Shown here: positions 12,421-24,500 of the stretch, piece after piece
Position numbering within the stretch: position 1 is the first letter of the stretch
Layout of the letters: every line of letters starts with the position of its first letter
DNA from: Lingula anatina
Taxonomy: Eukaryota; Animalia; Brachiopoda
NCBI GenBank assembly: GCA_051362555.1
Contig: CM120642.1
Coordinates: forward strand, 22,878,001-22,942,000
DNA length: 64,000 bases
Reading direction: 5' to 3'
Notes under the pieces: model-generated
Database searches by the model: none
The model's input: the letters and a program-made list of their open reading frames with translations, nothing else
What the model was told of the DNA's origin: nothing
Made by a program: the position numbers and the translations under genes

Positions 12421-14164
12421 TAGTGCAACTACAATTTTAAGCTTGGGCATAAAAGGGTAGTAAACCCGTAGACCCTGACCTTTCCGGTAGAGCTTTACAC
12501 CGTTGAAAAGGCTTGTAAAGAGAATATTCAGACCCATTTCCTGAAGAGTAAAAGAGCTGAAAATTGACTTTTTGTGCTGTGAGAGTAGCGTCCAAAACCG
12601 AAAAGATTATGAACGACATCGACACTACTCACCCTGCTAGTGAACTTTTTAAGTTCCCTCCAAGCGAATGTAGACTTTAAGAAGCAAACGATTTTTAGAA
12701 GCTGTCATACAACCCCCACATGCCTTTTTAATAATAATCTTAGTATTTCTACCAATTACTCTAAATTTTTATTTTTACCGGTATTTCATTTTATTTCATT
12801 TTTAAAACGAGAAGGGCGAGGCGGTAAAACTTAAATACACTTTATTATAATCATTTGAATTTAATATTTAAACTGTTATATTTGGATCACAGTCGAAAAA
12901 AAAATTAGCCCTTTACACAAAGTGCTATATTTATCGGTATGTTAAATGATTTTTTTTTTATTTTTTGTATTTCAAGGAAAGTTTTTATTAGTATATATTG
13001 ATGGAAAGAGAAATGGCATACAGAAACGGGACATCCGATTCGTTTGAGCAAAGATACTAAAAGTGGTCGGATGTCTTCGAAGAGTAGTTTAGAATTTTCT
13101 TGAAACTAATTAATAACGTCATTACCTCTTGTAGTTTGTTATCTCTTAGTTCTGTATTTTCTCCCCAAGTTTTTCCCCGTGTATGAAAATTTATACTTTT
13201 TTCTCTGAACTTCAGTAGGTTCCTATCTACGTAATAAGTACTCAGAATGATATTCCTGCTACCTTGCCTTTAATGCTATTATTTTCTACCATTTACATAC
13301 TTAAAGTACTATCATGATCATTTCAGTATCGTTGTTGTTCTGTGTTCTTTTTTCTTTTGTAGGTTATTAGAAAATATTCACAAATACACAAAAACCTTTA
13401 TTTTTCAATATCATCATGTAGCCAGTTGACGTAATAGATATAAAAAATAGTGCAGTCCTGCGGGGATCGTGCACAGTGTGAGGAAACGTGTATTCATTTA
13501 AGTAGGCCTGCTCTTGGATGAATAATTTTTCAGCCAAAGCCTGCATTTTGATCTCTTTTTATTCAAAATCTTTTACGGCATAAAGTGCCTGTGTTATGAA
13601 GGTCAAAGAGTAGTTCTAGAAACTCAAATTTCTTGCAAAAATCAACTGACATTGTGTTTTACCTATAGGAAAATAAGGATTATCAACTTTTCCAATAAAC
13701 ATGTGATAGTATGCAGCTGCAGAAAATTACATTGCACCAGAGCAAGACAAATATGAATCAAAGTATTTATATATTTATTCAAAAATTAACATTGCTATTG
13801 GCACTTTACAATTATTCTATCACACATGTAGCACCATCACTTAGACAATAAGAAGGGCAAGTTTGGAAGGTGGACATTAAAGTTCATGGGAGACTGGCTA
13901 CTCATGTATGAATATCAAATTTCAGCTGTAAAAATAGGCAACTTGCAGGCTAGATTACTACTATACCTACAGCCAGTCATCAGAATGCATGTAATATATC
14001 TTCTTGCCAGAATTACCTCATGCCAGAATTGTTTTAAAAATCATACAAATACTTTTTTCAGGTTTCCATACACACGAATTGTTTTAAACAACCATGTGAA
14101 CAATTAAAAATAAAATTAAAAGAAATCCTTCAAAGAAACAAGAAATATAACCAAGAGCAGTTCA

Positions 14165-16061
14165 CTACTCATTGAGGAGTCCAATTCCCAGAGTAAACTG
14201 TTTCCATCCTGTACTTTTGCCTGCTTGAGAACTTTGGGGTATGATTTCCTCTTTCAGAACACCACCCTTGGATTTCCTCACATGTGGAGACGGCTCTATG
14301 AGAGGCTGAACCCTGCCACTGGTGTAACGGAGGCTCTTCCTGTTCTGGAGGGCATCCTTTACATTGTCATAGATCTGAAGTTTAAAAGTTTGAAATACTA
14401 AAACACATTTTTTTCCTATACATAATGTATAGTATATTACATACAATATGGATGTCATGGATTCACTGAATCTATAGAACAATTTCAAATTTTATTTCTA
14501 AGCTTTTAGGATTATGACTGCATCACACAAAATAAAACAAAGTACTGAAATCTTAGTTAAATATTGTTTCTAAATGATTTCATAATTAATTTTCTCTTCA
14601 AAAGTTCATAACCAGAACCAAGAAAAAACATTTTAGAATGATTGAGCATGTACTTTATTATCACACACCTGTTTCTTTTCCTGGGCTACAATCAAATTAA
14701 ATTCCTTCTCTTGCATACATTCTTTCCAATCTGGGAAGACCTTTTCCCTTTTCTTCTTCCGTCTCCTTCCTTTCTTTGAGATTTCCAAAGCCTCTTTCTT
14801 TACATCTGTGCCATCATCTTCTTCTTCTCCATCTTCTTCACCAAGTGAAGGTTGCCTGTGAAATAAAAAAAAGATTATTATGGTTTTGAATCCAAAATTG
14901 ACACTTATAATGCATCTTTATTTGAAGAATCAACATAAATAATGTGTCTATACAGTACATAAAGATATATCCATCTAAGAATCTTAATCTGAAATTAACT
15001 GTGTTCATTTGTTCAGGGAAACAAGCACTACAGGCATTATTGAGCCTGTGTCCTCAATTAAAAAAATTCAAATAAGTAAACATTTTGCAATTACACATTT
15101 AAATTGTTGTCTTTTGTGTCATTAGAGGCATCACACATGAACCAAACATTCCTCCTCCTGGAGTTGCTTGTTGACTGGGCACTACAGGGAAGAGAATTCT
15201 TATCAAATTAATCTGATATTCACATCCTGAGTTTTACTCACCTGGCAACAGGTAACTGCCCAGAAGACTGTATGGGCTTCAGCTTGATGGGAGATGCAGT
15301 GGATGACAGGTTCTGCAGCGCCATCTTTGTCACCTCAGCAGTCTTGCTCTGCATTATGTCCGTGATGGATTTGCCAGGGAAGAGTCGAGGGATCAAGGAA
15401 AGAATTTCCTCATTGCTTGGGTCCAAGTGCAATGCCATCACTATGTCATGGCGAGCACCATTGTGGTTCTGAAAAAGCAAGAAAGAATTCACTGTTGCTT
15501 TCTGTGCTGATACTAAAAGGCATTTCATTATCATCTATATACACATAAATGCTTTGCTACAAGGTTTGGTAAACAGAAACTATGAAGAGCATGCTTTGTT
15601 TTGAGGAGAACATTATTAGAATAACGTAATAAATAATCATGATGCACTTTAAATTCTTTTTCTTTCAATCTAACAATGAATAACCTGATCATATGTTTTA
15701 AGCAATTTGGCCTCAAACAATGCTTTTATGCAAACATTAAGTCTAATTTTCATATTTTTATTTACTTATTATCTAAATTTAAGAATAATTCATAATCCTT
15801 AGAAAGATCTTTTTGCATAGTGTTAAAAATGAAGCACTATAAGCAGTTCTGGCTCACCTCCAGCATGTACCTGGCCCGTGTTCTGGAGATGTAATACTGC
15901 CCTATCCTAGGATTGTGCTGAATAGCCAGAGTGAACCGAGCCTCTGCATCCTGAAATATAAAACAAGTACAGTACTTCATTTACCAATATAACCAAGGGA
16001 TGCATCTAATATTGTTTGACTTAATATCTTAATTCCCATTTTAAAATAAAAAAGCATGTTT

Positions 16062-16129
<68 letters not shown>

Positions 16130-19100
16130 GACATAAGTAATGGCATCAAAATATACTATACTCAGAATAATGGGGGACATTTTAGGAATAACATAATACA
16201 ACATAATACAAACAATGGATCTCAACCTTTACTCATAATGACATCTGTATGTTATTTAATCACAAGAGGGCAGCACTGATAAGCTTCCCATTACCTTGTA
16301 TTTCTTATCCGTGTAGTCAGCCACACCGTACTCATTGTGTATGATAGATATCCTGGTCTTGACATTCTGGTTCATGGGGTCCAGCTCCAGAGCCTGGTGG
16401 TAGTCAGCCAGGGCAAAGTTGATCTCACCAAGACGGAAGAAACAATCTGCAGAGAACATAATAATTTCACATCAAAAGTTTCACTTAATAAATTTTAACC
16501 ACTTTTGACCAATCATTACCATTTTTATATTTATCCACTATAGTTCTGATATCACATATATCAATTGACAGGTGGGGTTTATTTATTTGTTTTTGAATAA
16601 TGCTCATGCCAAATGGTGGACAAAAAATAAAAATCATATCATATCCAACAAAAACCTTCAATAAAATGGTATTTTTCAACATACAGTTGTTAATTTAAAA
16701 ATATGTACTCTATATCAATTTGAAGTTAATTAAGTTAAACCACGTGCCAGATTCAAACTATGAGTTCTCTATATTAGAAAGAAGAATAAATGTTCATCAG
16801 GTCAAACTCAGCCTCCAGTGCCACAACCAACCTCCTCTGTTGATATATAATCCCTTCTGATCCTTCTCTCCCTTTATTGCCTTGTTCAACAATATTATGG
16901 CCTCCTCATAAAAACATTTCTTGAAGCACTCCACAGCAAAGTCATTGTATGTGAGGAGCAGCTGTCTCTGGGCATCTCTGTACACTGGACTGTCCTCATT
17001 GTGGTCAGTTTTGTCCATGGCCAGCAGATAGTCATCTATTGCTGAGTTGAAGTCACCAAGGCGGCGATGAGCAGCACCCCTTTACAAAAACAATGGTAAA
17101 TGTTATGGCATCTTTACATTTAACTGACAAAATCTAAAATTGATAATTTTTTCTTTTCTTTTTTTTTTAAGAATGATAAAAATTCATTGCTTAAAGCAAA
17201 GAAAGGATACTTAAAACATAGTCACTAGTGAAATGTTCTAAAATCCAAGTTTGAATATTAATTGATGGCTGATCAACTAAAGTGAACAGTAAAGTCTAAA
17301 ATTCAATTATGACTAAAATATCTTTCTAGTAAATGCATCTTCTACCAAAGGGAACTAATGAACCTACTAGTATTTTTTTTCTTAAAAAAGGTTAAATCAT
17401 CAAACAATAGGAATTCAATCAACAGTAGACAGTAAGGCAATTAATTCTCTGTTAAACAAAATTATACCCCATGCAGTTTGCAACATTAGCACTGGCCGCA
17501 CACCAAATGACAGTTAAACTGAAGCCAGGCCAGCATAAGTTTGTAAATGTGTTGAACTTCAGTTACTGACCACATTTTCTTCTTTGGACTCCTAGAACCC
17601 AGTGGTTTGAAGGGCCAGTTAGCTACAAAGTTTTTTTTTTTTGCACAGACTGCACAGATCCAGATGAGCAAACCCTACCTTAAAACATGGTATTCTGCAA
17701 TGGATGGGTTCGTCTCTATTGCCAGAGATATTTTCTGGAGAGCATCCCTGAGTTTTCCATTGATGGTAAGCTGTACAGCATGGTGCTTGCAGTCCTCAGC
17801 CTTGTCTTCAAGCTTTTTCTTCAACTTGAGAGCCTCAGGGTGGTCTGGGGACAGTGCCAGGGCATCCTTGATGTCATAGTAGCATAATGTGTACTGGAAA
17901 AAAGAATTAAATGTTCAATGCCTCTAGTAATAATCAACATACATTTCTAGATGCCACACAGTACTCAGTACTGTACTAGGAAAGTGCCATATCCAAATAC
18001 TATAAGGATTCTTTTCCCTTCTTATCGTGCAATTGATTATTCCCCTGGTTAATTTTGTGACTATTGACTTACATTTCTGAACATGTCATGCAGCCTGGCT
18101 CTCATGACATAGTAATCAGGGTTGTCATTCTCCATCTCCAGCCTCTTGTTCACCAGGGCCAAGCATTCTCCATGCCTGTTCAGGGCTGCCAGGCAAGCTA
18201 TGCTGAAATGGTGCAAACAAGTATATTACACATGAAGCAAATCTATTATGTCACCTCTACCTGTGGATTGTCCTTAGATAACAGGTTTAAAAAATTCTGA
18301 ATAATCTAGCCCTTTGCAACTCAGCCAATTTCAAAACAGATCTTTTATTGCATGAAGTTTGCATTCAGATAAACAGACATGCTGAAACTGTTGGTTCTTC
18401 AAGCCATGACTGATATAACTTTCAAGGACTTGTAGAAACTTGCATTCAATTAGTCCAATTAGACCAGTTACAATTTCAAAATCCACCATTTGTCAGTTCA
18501 GCAAAGTGGCCTTAGGTCCAGCAAATTTTTCATAAAAGTAGATCCAAATATCCAGTCATTTTTATAAATTCTGATGAAACTGACATTGGGGTTTGGTCTA
18601 TTTGCTAAAACTAACTTACCTCCTTGTATGATAGCCTTCAATGTTGGGCTGCATTTCTGCTGCCCTTGAGAATGCCTCTAAAGCTTCTGGATATAACCTC
18701 TGATCAAACAAACACTGTCCTTGCATGTAATAGATAAAAGCCAATCTGGTGTAATATTGAGCACAGTCAGGATCCAGTACACAGGCTTTTTTATAATTGA
18801 GTATTGATGATTGAAAGTCTGTGGATTGTAAGAAAGTCTCTGCCCGCAGGACGTAGTAGTCCACAACCCAAGGCTTGAGTATTATGCATTTGTTGAGGCA
18901 CAGGATTGCTCTGTCGTAATCATCTTGGCTTAGTGAGTCCAGTGCATTTTGGAAACTAGAATAAGAAAGTAGCACATTAAGTCATCATTGGTGCACTTTA
19001 ATTTATGAATGGGAAAAGTATTGAGACAGAGATGCCTTAAAAATAAATTGTTTACAACTAGAAAAGCACCCAGAGAGCGCAGACCTATGCCAAGACAAAT

Positions 19101-21108
19101 AATTAACTTTTAATCCACCATAATTTAATACATGGATCATCACCAAAATCTTATCACTTTTAAGTTAGCCCATTTCTGACCTATCTTGAAAATTTATCAA
19201 AATCCATCCATAACTTTTTGAAGATAGACAGATAAACAGAAGTGAAAACATAACGACCTTGGTGGAGGTAAAATTATAGTAAAACCATATGTAAAGACAA
19301 CCTATTGACAAAGTGTACAAGTGTTTGTACTTGTTCTTACAATTTAACAACACATAGGTTACATGTGTTCACTTTGAATTACTTCACACTGATATGTGTG
19401 TTGCCACTTCAAAATTTTCACATTTTGACCAGAAACCTTAACATCTTGGGCTATTTGATCTCTTTAGTCACGTGAAATGCCTTTGATGAATAATAATTAT
19501 GACAATTGTTTCAACTAGTTGCCCTTACTGTTCAGCTGCCTTGGTGTCAATGACCTCCCTCATGGTGAGAGTGGGTTTGTTGGGCTCCCAGGCCTGGGGT
19601 TCAAAGGCCTTCCCTTTGCTCTTCTTTCTCTCTTTTGCTGCTGCCAATGTTTCCTCACTAACTGCAGTGGCAAATACCCCACCTTCAGCCTGAAATTTGT
19701 TGTGATAAGTCAGTGTTGCTACTATCATCATTTTTTATGATTATGGCAATTTAAACAGACTAAAATATTTAGCAATCACATCTGGCCTATATAAATCTAA
19801 ATTGTAAAAAAATTAGTCATAATTATAATAAAAATACACACATAGGCATATTCTTCAAAAACCTGATTATCCATTTATTTCCCCCCCCCCCCCCCCAGAT
19901 ATGCATATACATTTTTTAACACATTGACCAATAAAACATTGCATTTTGATAGCTATGATGCTGGCTGCCCTTCACGTTCTCACTACATGAGAAACCAACA
20001 GATTTCATGTTATCAATGTAAGTTTACCCACCTGCTCACTTCCTCCCTCAGCACCAGAATATTGCACCATGCCCTGTTTCTCCTCTCCCTCATCAGTAAC
20101 ATCAGTCAACTGATCCTCCTCATCCTCATCTTCATCCTCCTCACCACTTGTCTCCTCAGTCTCATCAATCAAAGTGCTAGATTTAGTGACACCTTCTTTA
20201 TCAAACAGTACATCTAAATCTGGATAAAACTGATGGACATTGATGATTTCACTAGATTGTTTAAGGAGTTGTTTTGCTTTAGCAACTTCCTCGGGGTCAG
20301 CTGGTATGTCTGCCTCAACTGGGTGGTCTTCCTCATCCTGGAGTCCATTTTCCTTTGTTGAGTCATTATCTCCATTTGAGGGATTTGGATCCTCAGTAGA
20401 TGACATGCTGGATAGCAGAGTCTGAGTGAGCACTGCCCCTGGTTATACTTAACACTCTATTTGGCTGATAATTGGCAATGCTGAAAGGATAGGAAAGGAA
20501 ATATCATAGGTCTTAGCCATAATCAGGCCCATCTTGGTAAATTTTAAATAAATAAACATTTTTTTTTTAAAATCAAACATAAATGAGCAGCTGTTTCCAT
20601 TTTCCAATTTCTGCAGTACAATCTGTAAAACTAACAGTAATATGACATGATGTTCTTCTTTAATGCTGAAGGTATTGCACATTACTTGCTTGATACACTG
20701 GTAGACTAGACAGAAGATATCAATAAAATAGCTCACTGAAAATAATTCTCAAATAAAAAGGCACTGTGAGATTTCGTCGAATGTTACCAATTTAACATCT
20801 TATCAGTGCAGAAGATTCTGCAATACTCCTACACTTTACGCTATGGCATTAAAACAGAGATAACAGATTAGACAATGACCTACTCAGACTCAGACTCGGG
20901 TTCAGACTTCAGTGACAGTGGTCGAATTTTGAAAAAAAAATATCAACCGTTTAGAATTGCCTAGTAAATCCTGGCGTTGCACTTGGCTTACCTTTACATG
21001 GTTTCAGCAGTTTAAATCTGATAGACCTAGGGATTAACTTCCACGGCATACATCAGAGCCAAAGAATACCGTCACACGAATTAATTAAGGAAATCGTGTA
21101 CCTGACAT
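14165..21108 (-). CDS. TTC16: Tetratricopeptide repeat protein 16. Approximate exons 21102-21108 (ATG TCA G, tentative; alternative ATG 20406), 20032-20438, 19529-19689, 18620-18955, 18073-18202, 17679-17894, 16832-17079, 16295-16447, 15859-15951, 15242-15468, possible mini-exon ~15150-15181, 14669-14856, 14165-14374
   Basis: TPR exons with strings I recognise from vertebrate TTC16: YMQGQCLFDQ, AQRQLLLTYNDFAV, KGLYINRG, DCFFRLG..NFALADY.QALEL, GARHD...LFPGKS. Confidence 0.9.
16065..16127. repeat. (CA)n microsatellite
   Basis: Direct reading. Confidence 0.95.
19056..19271 (+). mobile_element. Non-autonomous Helitron/Helentron (HINE/DINE-1-like) element in a TTC16 intron
   Basis: AACTAGAAAAGCACCCAGAGAGCGCAGACCTATGCCAAG at one end and AAACATAACGACCTTGGTGGAGGTAA at the other (subterminal inverted repeat), with an internal GACA-like tract. 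Confidence 0.7.
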
Positions 21109-21539
21109 GCGATTGAACAGGTTGTTTTGGATTACATTGCCATGGAAGCTCCCCCTGTTACGCATGTGCAACATTGACTAATGTGCTGTTGTGATCTTCG
21201 ATTCCATTGGCTCAAATGTTTCTTGAAGACTCGTACTTTTACAATAATATAAATATTCTGTAGTTAGCATACGGCATGAATATTTATCCCTCTTTTTAGT
21301 TAGCCAAAATAAAGGTATCTAGCACGATTGCACTCGCAAAATCTTTCGACGGTATCACCTAATTAGGTTTGAGTTTCATGTAATAATAAACCAATCAGAC
21401 AACATTTCTCATATCAAACCCCGTTTCCTATGTAAACTGTCATGGCGGACGTGTAGTGGATTTTGGCTCGTACTTTGAAATTATATTTATATTCTAACCC
21501 ATAAAATCATTATGTGAGTGCCTTGAATTAACAAAAACC
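21109..21539. promoter_or_regulatory. Bidirectional promoter between TTC16 and the plus-strand gene, with RFX X-box-like sites
   Basis: Head-to-head start codons ~430 bp apart. ATTGCCATGGAAGC (~21136), GTTTCCTATGTAAAC (~21423), CCAAT boxes (21207 reverse, 21391). Confidence 0.55.
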
Positions 21540-24500
21540 ATGGAAGACAACGACGAAGAAGTTCCAGATGACCAGGCTCTTGCTTCTAAGGTAGAGTTGC
21601 TCACATAAAACTGTAGTTATTCATTTCCAAGTCCCATGGTGACATGTTACAGACAGATCAACTTGTCTAAATTGTTTGCATAAGTAATTATTCAGCATTC
21701 AATAAGGTTTAACCTCAAGCAACGCATTGCATTACTGTGGCTGAGTCATGGCCAGCCAGTTTTCTTATGCGAGCAGTCGAATCTTTAATGGTCTTTGTAA
21801 AAAATGAACCAAGTGAATGCCCCGGTTGGTCTTGAATCTTCATTAAATTAATTAGAGTTTAATGATGATAATATTAAAATGATGATGATAATATTGAGAG
21901 AGAGAGTGAGAGAGGGGGGGGGAGGGAGGGAGAGAGAGATGTTTATAATAGTACATTAACACTTAGGATAAGGTAATAATGGACCATTGTATCTCCAGAG
22001 TTGGCTCAGACCCGCTAGTGCTTCCCTACATCAACTAGACCAGGTCAAGGCAGCTGTGTACAACTTTGGACTTGGAGACCACAGAGACATTAAAGCAACT
22101 TCCAGCTCTCTTAAGAAACGCTCCAACAGCCATTCTGACCTGGAAATAGCAAAAACAGATGACACATTATCTGGGTTGCTCTCTCAGAAAACTGCATGGT
22201 GAGACTTACTAGTACAGGTTGTGGGAATAATGCAAACAAAAATGTTTGTTCTTTTACACATGAAATAAATTAACATTTCAATAGGTGAAACATATTTGTA
22301 GTTATAAAATTAATGAAACTTGCTTACCCCCCACCCCCTTCTAAAAAATAAATAAAGGAGTAACATGATTAGAATTTTTATTTTTTTATATTTGTGAAAA
22401 CATGTTCTGGAAATTTCCAACATGATCACTGAAATGCATGTCTTTTCAGGGGCAGCAACTCTTCCATTCCAGAGCTTATGAAGCAGTTCAGTCAGAGGCA
22501 AAGGCCAGACAGTGGGAAAAAACACAGACCTTCCAGTGGCAAGAAAAACAAACTTCACGGCAACACCAGAGACCCTTCTATTCCACCAGCTCACCCTGGG
22601 GAGCCCAGTAGGGTAGCCATTGGAGGTAGTACCTTAGCAGTTCCTCAATTTATTCATTCATTAATTCATAACTTCAGAAAACTTTTATTTGTTGCTCTTG
22701 TTTTATTCTTTTCTTTCTTTCTATTTTATAGACATTGCTTTTATCTATCTGTTGACTGAGCTTAGTTTAAATTAAAAGATACTTGATGAAAATTACTCGA
22801 AAACGTATTACAATTATAGTGTTCAATTGTCGGATTACTACATTGTTAAAGAACAAGTAAGGTGAGATATTAACAGGGTTTGCTAAATGTTAAAGATAAG
22901 AGGTTTATGTCTTTGTTTATAGTAAAGGGTGCCAAGTTTGACCCAGAGGAGAGGCTTCCAAAGGGATACTCCCCATGTGTGGATGATGATTTTTCCAGAA
23001 AACATGTGGAACGGTCCCTTCAAGAATTCATGAATAGCCAAGTGGACATTACAAGTAGGTTTGAAATGACAAAAAATAAAGCATAAAATGATGTAGAATA
23101 CATACATACACACAGTAGAGAAGTTTATGTCAGTTCTAGTGGAGCACCCACGTAAACAACTTATATTTAGGGACTATTTCCAGACCCTATCGTACTAACT
23201 GTGGATCAATCTATCTCCGAGGGGATTCTAGCTAAATTTCAATCAACTTAAGCGGCTTATATGTCTGTCACATCTACTGAAGTTGCTAGGGGGTAATTAA
23301 TTATCATTTAACAGCTTCAGTAGGGGTGCCAGACATCTAAGCCACTTCAGCTGAAAGCAATTTAGCGAGATACCCCTCGGAGATGGATCAATCCTGCTAG
23401 ATCAATCTAGGTATGGGAACCCAGTCTTATATATTTGGAAAACACATGTAGCACTGTATTAGAGTACTCAAGGTTGATTCCACCAATAAAAGCTCAGCTT
23501 TGTTGTCTATATTGTGAACAAATATTAGTTTCTTTTGTTTTCAGGTTTAATTCTGTTGAAAATAATTTCATTAGCTAGTGCATTCATAATATCCTAGCAA
23601 CTGAGCAAGTTTTTTTTCTATCACGTCTGTATAAATATGTCAGCTCCTTATCACAAGTTTTTTCAATCACGGCAGGAAAGTTTAGACACAAGATGTGTGT
23701 AAGCCCTGTGTTTAGCTTTAGTTTTTCATCAAAGTCAATTAAGAACACACTGTAATGTAAGAACTGAAATAATGCATAAATATAGGGCACAGCAGTATTC
23801 CTATTGATTTCTTCTTTTGGCTCACCTTCAAAGAAAACCTTAATGACATATATTGATTTTGAGAACCATTTTCTCAAAGATGTAATGGATTGTTTGATTG
23901 ATTCAAATGCTATCCAGTTATAACAGTCATTTTGATCTTTTTGTGAACGAGAAAATTATTACAATCTCTCGTGTATGTTATAACAGATTACCACAAAAGA
24001 AAAGCATGCCATTTTTATATATTACAAGTATTAAATAAATGCAGAAATTAACTGCACTCTAACAGATAGATCCAGAATATGAAGGGGGAGGGGGGGGGGG
24101 GTGCATTGCCTCCTCACCCATCCCACCTTCCCCACTAGCATTTCTGGAGAAATAGTGCAAGTTAGGATATTTGGACATATTTTCTGTTTGTGTCAGATTA
24201 TTTATTCCACTCACTTTGGTAAGTGGTAGCTTGAATCTGTCCCTCTATCCCCTGTGGATATGAAGATAGAATATTGGCTATGATATGGCTTATTTCCAGA
24301 TTTACATATCTATTGTATCATACACATTTTGCTGTAATTTTTATTGCCATCCTTGATTACTGTAAATGTACACCTCTTGGTTTAAAAGACCTGAATGATG
24401 ATTTACATTGGACCAAGCTGAGAGTAATTTCACATAATAGGATTGATTTCTGTTATACACTGCACAGCCACCACACTCGTATCGATGGGACTTATGTTGT

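Noticed and set aside
24062-24248. Further CAG...GGATCC-type MITE
   Set aside because: Ends too degenerate to define TIRs or a TSD
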